From NCBI GenBank assembly GCA_043381765.1, contig JBHJMP010000840.1, positions 1 to 50,437 of the forward strand: a DNA stretch of 50,437 nucleotides, given 5' to 3'. Numbering within the stretch: the stretch's first letter is position 1; each line of letters opens with the position of its first letter. Positions 1-11,157 of this stretch are shown piece after piece. This DNA is from Collodictyon triciliatum. Lineage: Eukaryota. The position numbers and the translations under genes were made by a program. The notes beneath the pieces are model-generated. The model was not told where the DNA came from, did no database searches, and was given only the letters and a program-made list of their open reading frames with translations.

Positions 1-89
<89 letters not shown>

Positions 90-93
90 ACAC
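1..93. repeat. (CA)n microsatellite, truncated by window edge
   Basis: Near-perfect CA dinucleotide run. Confidence 0.97.
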
Positions 94-586
94 CTTATAA
101 GTCAGACCCAACCCACAAGCCACCAATCACAAGAGAAAAAAAAGACGGTCCACAAATCGGATGTAGCGGCGGGCATGCTTCATTCTGAGTCCAACCACCT
201 TTGAGATTAATGCATTGGATATTCGAATACACAAAGCAAGACAAGTGAAGACCTATCCTGGATTCTGCACCCATTCCAAGAGAGCAGCATGAGCTGTGGC
301 CAGCGCTGAGATTCTGCAGAACAGACTAAGAGAAGCGGAGGTCAGCCGACCAGCTTTAATGACAGCCACCTGGAGCAGCAAAGCCGTCTCCCTGTCAAAG
401 AAGACCTGCACAAGCAGTGCATCCACAGCCGCGCAAGTCCCTCGCACCATCACAAACGCCCTTCAATCCACACCACACTGAGTCCTTCCTTTGTGCGATA
501 GTAGGCGAATTCAAGACGAGCGACAGACACTGCAGCTCACTTACCCCTTCAAACCTTTTGCCCAACCGCAACAGCAACGCCTTGTC

Positions 587-2375
587 ATGCCACCCAAACC
601 TCAATCTGCACACAAGCCGCATTCTCCAGCCGCCTCAGCCTCCGCCTCAGCCTCAACCTCACGCAGCAGGGAGTCGTCAAACCGAAGAGCCAGAGGCAAG
701 GACAAGCCAGGCAAGAGCAGCCCTCATCCCAAGGAGTCAGACCACTTTGCTGACCCGCAAGTCTTGCAAGACATCTCTTGGGACACTGCTATGGACCCTG
801 TTGCTGCTGCTGGCCTCCGAAACTTTTTGCGCCGCTCGTGTCCCAGATACTTGGTTCCAAAGTATGCTAGGCTGGTCATTCCTTTCATCCAGCGGGTCAG
901 CCAGTTGCAGCACTTTCTCCCCTTCAATCCAAACTCCATTCTTTTGCGCCCAGGAGAGACCCTGGACATTACACGAGGGGATGTTGCTGTCATCCTGGCT
1001 GCGGGCGTGATGTTGCGGCTGAGCAGAAACTACTTCGACTTCACCCGGTTTCTCAGTGCTGTGGATGCCAGAGGAGACAGCCAGGTATCATTCCTTTGGT
1101 AGTCGCCGACCCTGTTCTATTCCCAAGAGCAACACTCATGTCATTTGGCTGCTTTTCGATATTTACGATATCCCTACCACACAAAGAAGAAAAGAAAAAG
1201 AAAAAGAAAAAGAAAAAGAAAAAGAAAAAGAAAAAGAAAAAGAAAAAGAAAAAGAAAAAGAAAAAGAAAAAGAAAAAGAAAAAGAAAAAGAAAAAGAAAA
1301 AGAAAAGAAAAGAAAAAAAGAAAAGAAAAGAAAAAGAAAAAGAAAAAAGAAAAGCATGTTTGTAAATATATATGGTATCAACACCAGATGCATAGCACGT
1401 ATAAAACCACCTTATTTTCAACAAAGGGAGGGAAAGTATGGTGTCTGCTTCATTACTTTGACGTTGTGCGAGAGCGTTACTTGAAGGTCAGTGGTGGTCA
1501 TGAAGACATCATCCACTACGTTGCGTTGCGAGATGCCATGCAAGGTGCGAAACAGTTCTTTGACCTTTAATTTCTGCTTGAAAATACATTCCTTTTTACT
1601 TGACTCGGTATTTGATTGCTCTAATCTCAGCTTTGTTTTTTTTTTTTTGACTGCACTAAGTGACAGTCATCTCTCGTATCCATTGACTTACACGTACATA
1701 TGCACTTTCTCTTGTGCTGTTTACATGGCGTCTCTCAGGCAATATAATGTTCCAATCGAGAATGCTGACTTCTCCACCAAGCAGAGCACAGCTGGCATCA
1801 TCCTGCAAGACCCTTTGTAAGGTCGTAGTGAGAGAGTCGGGTACTATCGAAGATGATGGAAAGGTGCACACACTTGCCAGCCAACAGATGCGAAGGAGAT
1901 ATCTCATTATCCGTCCAGCCTTAATTCTTTGTATAACCTGCCCTTGCATGCGTGTACTAATTATGTACTTCGATGCACACAGGATTCCGTCCAAGTCGAC
2001 TTTGCAAACAAGAAGATCGGGGGAGGAGTGCTAAGGCTGGGATGTGTTCAGGTGAGAAGTTAATTTATCTACACATATTTCCAGTAAAATAAAGCTGGAA
2101 GATAAAAACAAAAACAAGATGCCTTTATTGTAAATATATATTTATTGTATCATCCTCTAGGAAGAAATTCGCTTTGGTAATTTTACTTTAAATAAATACC
2201 TTTTCATTTGATTTCTTGTTTATAGAATAATACCAATGTAGTTTTCATCTTGCATGATTTTATTGCAGAGAAGGCTATTATTATCGTTTTTTGATCTTTT
2301 ATTTGATCATGCTTTTCAATATCCTCTATGCGATACCTGTGCCTCACAAAACACTTTCTTTTTCTTTTTCTTTTC

Positions 2376-2472
<97 letters not shown>

Positions 2473-3520
2473 TCCAGTCATTAATCCGGAATGTCTCGTG
2501 TCCTTATTGTTGAAAGACTCGCCTATGGACCCTCTTGAATCTATCACGATATTGGGTGCCGAGCGTTTCTCTGAGTACCAAGGTTACGCAAAGTATTTTA
2601 ATTATGGATTCGTAAACTATTCATTATTTATTTTTTTAATGTAAAAGATCAAAATAAATGTCATGGAAACAATATCTGCACAGGACATTTCGCTTCGCTG
2701 GACCTCACATCGATGAAGTCGGTATAATTCAATACCAAGGAAATCGATACATCAACACGAACATTGTGGCGATCGATGCAATGCCAAGAGTGCCGTTGCA
2801 AGAACAATTTCAAGATGAAAATATTTGTCGTGAATTATATAAGGTTATTATTTGATTTTTCCAATCTCTCTTTCTCTTTCTCTTTCAAGCAGCTGATATA
2901 CTGCGATGTATTATATAATACAGGTATCATACTGCTCAGATACAGTGGTAATTTTTGAAATATTCACCGAGTTATATTGCTGTCTCAGTCACTCAGCGGA
3001 TTCGGAATCAATGACTGGGAGAGGGAAACCAATGTTCTTCCAATAGCGACTGGGAACTGGGGATGTGGGGCTTTTGGAGGCTGCATTCAAATCAAATCGC
3101 TTGTGCAGTGGATATCATGTTCCATCGCAGGTACCTTCTCTCTCTCTCTTTTTTTTTTTTTTTTTTTTTCTTTTTTTTTTTTTCCTTCTCTTCTTTTCAA
3201 TCAAGGCAACCATGTTCGAATCGAACAGAGATTTTCATACCACACATTTGTAATGGATCTCTACGCAAAAAGAGCAGAGAGTTGATGTGTGCTGCGAACC
3301 AACCAAAAAAATCTATACCAATGAAACCGCAGGTCGGCCTATGATGAAGTACTATTCCTTCAAGGACAAAAATGCAACCGGCACAGCTGAAATCGTTCAG
3401 TCGATCTCAGCGGCTGGCTGGACTGTAGGTGATCTATACAGAAACATACTCTCATACGACCCGCGGAAATGGGATAGACTGTCACTCTATGATTTCTTGG
3501 CTTACAAGACGAAGGAATAA
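587..3520 (+). CDS. PARG: Poly(ADP-ribose) glycohydrolase, multi-exon
   Basis: Spliced exons (approx. 587-1084, 1427-1544, 1739-1863, 1984-2051, 2161-2176, 2478-2591, 2684-2843, 2989-3130, 3333-3520) read KVWCLLHYF ... GTIED ... VQVDFANKKIGGGVLRLGCVQ|EEIRF|VINPECL ... GAERFSEYQGY ... IVAIDA ... ATGNWGCGAFGG ... WTVGDLY. This includes the PARG GGG-x6-8-QEE catalytic motif. The start MPPK at 587 is inferred. Confidence 0.93.
1186..1354. repeat. (GAAAAA)n microsatellite in PARG intron 1
   Basis: Tandem hexamer array. Confidence 0.95.
2378..2472. repeat. (TTA)n microsatellite in a PARG intron, abutting the acceptor
   Basis: Perfect trinucleotide run ending just before TTCCAG at 2477. Confidence 0.95.
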
Positions 3521-3704
3521 AGACATATGAGCCGATTAATATGCTTCCCTTCAGGGATTCCATTTGTAAGAGTCGGTTTAAAGTGTTTCAATCCAAAAAG
3601 AATAATAATCATCATCATAATCATTCGCGAACACATACATGCCATCCATACAGCCGCTCGATTTTTGTTTCTTGAATGCCATCGTTCGCTGATATGATTT
3701 TAGT

Positions 3705-6700
3705 TTATGCTACGTTGCTGTTGCGTTCGATAATAGATTCCCATGACCTAATATTTTGCTCCATCCTTTCCGCACAATATTTGAGTTCTGGAAATATGTC
3801 AACAACCCTGTTCCACAAGGGACTGACGACATATTTGATGAATCCAATATTGAGGTTGGCTTTTGATATCTATGAATGATGGGGGAAATGAAGGCACGAG
3901 AGTGATATAAATAACATGTAATTATTTTTTTTCTATGTGTATTAGAATAATCATAAAGGATAGGAGAGCTGTTTGCCACATGAGATGAGAGAGGATAATG
4001 ATGGGGCGATATGCCCTCAATATACCTCATCTGATTTTTCCATAAATGTAGCTACAGGCAGAGACAATGCATGCTCTTGTTTGGCCTAAAGTTCAGAATG
4101 TGACGATAAAAGTATATGTGAAATACATATTTGCAGTAGTAACTTTTGATTTATGAGCTTACATTTCTTTTGTGTTCCTTTTCAAAATATATTATTATAA
4201 TCATTCATATCAAAGAACTGTATTATATATTCTCAACAGACTTGCTGGTTAAACTCCTCTAGTACTCGGGTAGCCCACGTGTAAGCACGATTTGTTGGTA
4301 GCACCGGATTGCACAAGTCAGAACTATGCAAAATGATGTTGACGAGGAATTGCCGATCTTCTTTCCTGTCTCTCTGGAATTTATTACTATGGACAGTTAG
4401 ATTGGTGGTAAGTTTGGAATGCTCCGCCATATCTGTGGCAAGTATTGCTGGAATGATTGTTTTCCTAAGCTCTAGGCGATCGGATGGTTCTAGATTGGAA
4501 AATATGTCTGTTTTCGTCTCGTTGATAATTCGAAATGTTAGGGATGAATGGTGATTCTCCAAAATAGATATATCGTTGTAGATCAAAGCAAGAGGTGATC
4601 CGCTGTTCATCAAGAATGCATTATTTGTACCCTAGCAATGCAGAACCAATATTTCAATGCCCATATGTATTCTAATCAAAAGCATTACAAATAAATCAAG
4701 CATGCCCGTGGCTCTGTTCTTTGTCAAAAAAAGAAGAAAAAAAGAAGAAAAAAAGAAGAAAAAAAGAAGAAAAAAAGAAGAAAAAAAGAAGAAAAAAGAA
4801 GAAAAAAGAAATAAAAAGGAAATAAAAAGGAAATAAAGATGAACCATCACGAATGGTTTGGCATGCGAAAGGTTAGGTTTTTTTTCTTGAAAATTTATGC
4901 GCACAAAATATTGCAGATGGATTATTTAATATGATTATTACTAGATTTTTTAATTAAAAATTAAAAACGTACAGGATGATCAACATCATGGCAAATCGTG
5001 GCCACCATTAAACCAAGAATATCCAGTGGGTTTAAGTACTGTGCAGCGTCTGTGCTGGTGATTATGATGTATGATGACTGAAAGACTGAAAATGCGTGCT
5101 GAAAATTATGGTAGGGATTATCCCGATAATGCGACCGGATAATTCGAAGAAATGCTCGGAGTAGCCCTTGGTCGATTTTAAATGTCGAGAGCAGATCAAG
5201 AGATTCAAATCCGGCTATAATCATATTGTACATGTCTTCATCAGATAGTTCAAAATGGTCCAAATTCCAGTCCTTAAGTCGTTCGATGTAGTTAACCGTC
5301 TCCAAAAGTCGAGAGGTCATTTGCCTTTGCATCTTTACTAGGTCAGGTCTTGGAGTTAATTCCGTTACAATAGCCTTGCGAGATGTGGAATACTCTCCAA
5401 GAAGGTCTTTAATGGTATTTACAGACGAGGAATCCGAACTGTGCATAGAAGAATGAAGTTATTTCTTTTCTTGAAGATAAACCCGTATGTAAATGTAGAG
5501 CACTTCTGGTAACACAAAACAAAACAAAACAAAACAAAACAAAACAAAACAATGCAAAACAAAACAATGCAAAACAAAACAAAACAAAACAAAACAAAAC
5601 AAAACAAAACAAAACAAAACAAAACAAAACAAAACAAAACAAAACAAAACAAAACAAAACAAAACAAAAGAAAGAGAAATGCGCATGTACGAGAAATTAT
5701 ATAACACCTGGCCATAATATTATGATACGCAGTTTCAAGTGATTGTCTTTGAATAACTGCGGCAGCTTCGGCTGTGAAGGTGAGCAGAAGCTGTTCATCT
5801 CCATCGGTAAAGACACCGTTGGCTTTGTTTAAGACCTGCATGAGATGAGAAACCCCCCAAAGTTCAATATTTTTGGTGGTTGCTTTACATCCATATAAAA
5901 AAGAAAAACTAAATTTAATTTATATCAATTAAATTAGAATAGTCAAAAACCTGAATGACAGCTATAGATCTTTTGTTATTGTCGAATATTGGAACACAAA
6001 GGATCGTTCTTGTTCGGAATCTATTTTACATAACATATCATCACAATAAATTATCCGTCGCAGATGTGTGCTGATATAGTATATATATATATATATATAA
6101 CATCATGTGCAATAGCCCGGTGATAATTGTAATAATTACAGACCCTGTCTTTATATCGAATGTTCGATCAAATCGAGGGTCTTCGTATGCATCCGGAATG
6201 TTAATTGTTTGGCCCGTTGCTGCCACAGTTCCTGAGCAAAATGAGACATAAAATAAATATTAAGGTGACGCGAAAATAGGAAAGTATGACCAGACAGTTT
6301 TACCCACTCAAGTTTATATTGAGAAGATTCTTTTTCTATGCTGCTTTTCTTCATTTTTTTGTATTCTTTTTAAGAAAGTAAAAGGAACTGCACAAGACTT
6401 GCGGCAACATGCATAGCTATGGTCAATGTAGTCAAGGTTACCAGCGATTCCAACTCCAATAGGTACACGAATAGTCGCATTGTCCTTGCTAACTTTAAGG
6501 AGCAACTGCTTGGCTATATTATCAACAAGAAAAAATGAAACGCGATCAACTTCCATGACATCATACGTTACCTACAGCAGATTTGAATACATGAGGTACT
6601 GATTGGCTAAATGTACTCACTAGATGATGGTGATGATGGTGATGATGGTGATGATGATGATGATGATGATAAAAAAAAAATAATAAAGATCCTCTTAAAT

Positions 6701-9700
6701 GCAAGTTACTTACTCTTATAATTGTATCTATGACCTGATCAAAGGTTGCATTTTCGTCGTTAACGACTTTGAGAACATCTGATATCGCCTATTGAAGAGT
6801 TTTATACATCGTCAGCTTAATGGTCGCGTAATTTGGGTGTATTTCATCCCCGATTCAACACTTGAACAGAACATTTTTATAAGTGATCACCTTATTGATT
6901 TTTTCCCCTCGTATTGTCTTCATCAGAAGCCTAAATTGCTGCATATTATTACTGAGCTGATCAGCTAGAACTTGCATCAAAATCTCGTCTTCTCTGCCAA
7001 AACAGTCTTTTTGCTTGTATGCTGCTGCAATCGCGAAGACACTGTTGTAACGATCTGCCAAAGGAACAGCAAGGACAGATTTCACGTATATATTCGGAAG
7101 CTATATTTGATGGAGAATGTATATTAGAATACAAACTATATAAGGATTGTGACAAACGATCGATATACTACATATATCGAGAATGTAAAAGTCGTAAGTA
7201 AAATTGAAACAAAAAATTATGTAGACGAATGAACATGAAAGAGACTCTTCAAAATAATAAGATAAAAAGAATTAAGAATTTCATTTTTACATTATCTGTT
7301 TCTAGGTTATAGTCTTCATCATAGGAGACATCTTTAACATTCAACAAAACTCCAGTTTGTGCTACTCTTCCGATAATTCCTATTCCAACTCGAGTGCTCG
7401 GTGGCTATTTGAGAAAAATGCATATTTAAGTTAGACGTATAACCTTTTACGAATTTTTGGAAATATATGTAAGTTCTATATCTCCACGCATAAAATGGAT
7501 TTCTCTTTTCCTTCAGGATATTTAACAACCATGAAAATAAAAATAAGAAAAATAAAAATACAAAAGAATAATGATACACATAAAGTCCATTCCAAATACA
7601 ACTGCTTCAAGTAGTTGGTACGTAGAGCAAACCTTGTTTTCTTGAGTTGAATGGATTGCAGAAAGATTAGATTCGCTATCCAAAGTAAAAATGTGAATTT
7701 CGTCTGCACTCAAGACATCTTTCGTTCCTTCCTTGAACCTTGCCACCACTTCTTCCACTGTTTGAGAGAAAGAGATTTGTGTGGCGACTTCGAAGACCCT
7801 CTTGCTTCCTTTGATCATATAGAATAGCTCCTGGGTAATATGCATCTGGTTTGAGGCACTTTGTCGCTGGTACCATTTTTGAAAGGAATCCCACGCTATT
7901 GTTTCCATATCTATGGCTGCATACATGAATAAATGTTGATTAAGTTCAAAACAAAAAAAAGTCATGTACTTCACGAAGAAATATTCATGTTGGCTATGAA
8001 GCCGATATGACTATCACCAACATGATAAGTACGCTTGTTCTCTACTGAATGAATTCTCAAAACCATGGCCTTGATTTTCGGTGTCTTCAATTATCTGTGA
8101 GCAGTAACAGTAAGAACAAAAGAAACTCAAGAAAAATTAGAAGAAGAAAAAATGAATGGATCAAATAAGGAGAGGGGACAGGAAAAAATAAATTTTTTTC
8201 GTGATGAATTAGTATTGCAATTAACAAGTGCAGTAGGACAACCATTCGCTGACTTTGAGGTAGAGTAAATGCAGAGGGTGAGCTGAACACCAAAGCGATA
8301 GATTTGCGTTGTCTCATGTTGGACATCCCAATTTTTGGTGTGCGTGTGTTTCTCCCTTGATTGGAACGGGACTCATTCGTCACTTCTGCAAGGGCACTTG
8401 ATAAATGGGATGGAATAGCCGATGCGACTGCAGTTGACGATACTTGCTCAGGTGCTTTCTTTCCATCCGTCTCAGTAGGTAATTTCGGCTCACTCTTTGA
8501 TTATCAGTTGCATACAAAAAGCAAGTGATTAGAAAAGGGGTAGTAAGTGCTCTGATCATTCCATATTTAAATATACGGCTTATTCATCCTGGTCTAACCA
8601 AACCACGAATGACTCGGCAACCTGAAAATTATCCACTACAGAGATGCGAGACAGAACGAGGTTACATATATCTTCAATTTCCTCACGCGACGGTACTAGT
8701 TTTGATTCAATGGTCTTGTGCAGCTCAGTAATCTGAAGTTAAGTTATGGAATAGAAGCAAAATGTCAATAGCAGTAAGGTTTTTTTTAAAATAATAATAA
8801 TAATAATAATATGGACTGTGTGTACAATAGGGTCAATCAGTCATGTTCTTTGATATTGAACAGACCGCTTCTCTCAAAAGCCTGACTTCTGCAGAAAGAG
8901 GTGTCACACTCCTTTTTGAAGAGATCGTATTATGATATGTCCTTGTCGAACTAGGTGCCGGGCGATTGGGGGGCTTCGGCCTGATTTCTTTGGGCCCTTA
9001 ATGGTATGAAAATATTGGTAACTTTGGACGCTTATTAGCATTCATCTTCCGGTCAGGTATATGAATTTAACAAACTGCATATTTTCAATTTTAATGAACA
9101 CTTTTGTTCAATTAATTTCCTTACTTTCGTCTTCATCGTCTATATCAAAAGGTACCTAATGTTGAATTATTTGTTTGACGTCTTTGAAGACAAATTTTTG
9201 GTCTATACGAAATGCAAAGAAAATATAAAAGAGTATATATATTGAAGACCATGGACTATACTTTTGTGTATTTCTTCAGCTCATGTTCTAGTCTATGTAT
9301 CCGTGTTTGTAGTTTGACTCTTTCCTCTTTCAGTTGCGAGTTCATAATTTTGAAGTGTCTTAACTGATCCAAAATCATTTCATATCCAAGTGTAAACGTA
9401 ATGAGATAAATAAATCAAGCGAGACGAACAGCAATTTTTTTTTTATCAAAGAAGATATAATTATTCATTTTTGAATATAGATAAATAAATAAAATATAAA
9501 AGGGAAATCGTACGAAAGATTTTTTTTAAAAAAAAACCTGTTCCATCACGAATTCAACATCCATGAATTCATTTCCAGCTTCAAACTTTTGTCTTCTTTG
9601 GCCTTTCACCGAAAATGTTGATAATGAATGAAGTATTCAAGCTACCAAACCGTGGTACAGACAAAAAAAATCACATTGAAGTGTAATATTCTTTAAATAA

Positions 9701-9863
9701 TTTAAATAAAAGCAAACCAACGTCTGGGAGACGCGTATTGTCATAGTCGAAACGAGCCGATTTAGAGGGGTAATGTCTCTCCTTCTCTTTTGATTTTCTT
9801 TCATAGGGTAAGTAAGCTTTGCTATGCTCTTCCAAACTGTTGTGAACGAAAAATTACAAATTA

Positions 9864-9962
<99 letters not shown>

Positions 9963-9984
9963 AAAAAAACAACAAACAACAACA

Positions 9985-10069
<85 letters not shown>

Positions 10070-10334
10070 TAAGGCCAAATTGTAAGATTAATTGTTCGAT
10101 ATCGCAAGAAAATTTCTCTCAAAAGATATTGCAAAATATAAAAAAAAATCCCTTTCTTTTCATTTTTGTTTCTTTCCAACTATTTAAAAAAAACTTTGAA
10201 TAAAGTGTCTCTGCAGTTCGACCACCAGAGATCGGTTTTGAGACAGAGACAGGAACTTGTGTCGGCAGAGAAGGAAGCGTCAGATTGCTGCGAACGGCCT
10301 CGGAAATATTAGTGTCGCTTTGTCGCTGCTCCAT
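3705..10334 (-). CDS. Class I 3',5'-cyclic nucleotide phosphodiesterase with two GAF domains, multi-exon
   Basis: Catalytic motifs [63 protein letters not shown] and [12 protein letters not shown], with stop at 3705-3707. GAF motifs [58 protein letters not shown] and [14 protein letters not shown]. Exons 3705-7911 are well supported. The N-terminal extension to ATG 10334 splices in frame but is less certain. Confidence 0.88.
5515..5669. repeat. (CAAAA)n microsatellite in PDE intron
   Basis: Tandem pentamer array with two AATGC variants. Confidence 0.95.
9864..10068. repeat. Compound (CAA)n/(AAT)n microsatellite
   Basis: Adjacent trinucleotide runs. Confidence 0.95.
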
Positions 10335-10413
10335 TCTTTTGCGAACTCAAGCTGTATGTTAAATCGATGTACAGCGGGTTAATACGACTAAATCAAAGCA
10401 AATGAAATCAAAT

Positions 10414-10572
10414 AAAAAGAAGAGAAAGAAAAAAAAAGAAAAAAAAGAGAAAGAAAAAAAAGAGAAAGGAAAAAAAGAGAAAGGAAAAAAAGAGAAAGAA
10501 AAAAAAAGAGAAAGAAAAAAAAGAGAAAGAAAAAAAAAGAGAAAGGAAAAAAAGAGAAAGAAAAAAAGAGAA

Positions 10573-10613
<41 letters not shown>
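10414..10613. repeat. Imperfect A/G-rich (T/C-rich on minus strand) simple repeat upstream of PDE
   Basis: About 200 nt composed almost entirely of A and G. Confidence 0.9.
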
Positions 10614-11157
10614 CTTCGTGCTAAACCAAAGAGTCAGTCCATTAGGCACACTCAAAGCAAACTTTCTTTTTCTGTTCTCCATCTTTTCCTAATTCTCCGT
10701 CTTCATTTGGCGGCAATCGCTGGATGGCCTTGCCAGTTGAACGCAGCCCGTAACGCACAGTGGATTGGCCATCCTGCCACTTGGCACACCCAACAAAGCG
10801 CTAATTGTTGTTATTTCTTCAATTCCAATTCAGAAAAACGAGAAAGGAAAAAAATTGCAAACAAAACTGGAATCTAAATCTAACGTATTTCCTTATGTGG
10901 GCTGCCAGAAACGGGTTGCAAATCAACGCCCTCTTTGTGACGCGTGTTGTGGGACGAGACGCTGGCAAGGAGCACAAATCCCTTAACCAATGCCTTCAAA
11001 CCGGCTTTGAAAATGCTGATTTCTTGTTTTTTTTTTTCAAAGAGAAAGCGCATCAAAAACGGCAACACATTTGTTTATTAAGTTCTTGTGTGTGGCTGCG
11101 TACGTGGTTTTGATAATGAATAGGAGTGGAAAGAAATGGAGGCAGCGTGCGAATGGA

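Noticed and set aside
1053-1570. Poly-K/F/KE/RK ORFs here and similar homopolymeric ORFs elsewhere (2254-2547, 9637-10179, 20146-20712, 24042-24539, 38580-40067, 45587-45947)
   Set aside because: These are translations of microsatellites or N runs lying in introns or intergenic DNA.
8030-10360. Apparent in-frame TGA/TAA codons at exon starts, suggesting stop-codon reassignment
   Set aside because: Nearby AAG acceptors restore the frame. The 1218-codon Roco ORF has no internal stops, and genes end in TAA, TAG and TGA, so the standard code fits.
10660-11113. Short ORFs between the Sec7 and PDE genes
   Set aside because: No recognisable domain and no clean in-frame splice into the PDE. Probably UTR or promoter sequence.
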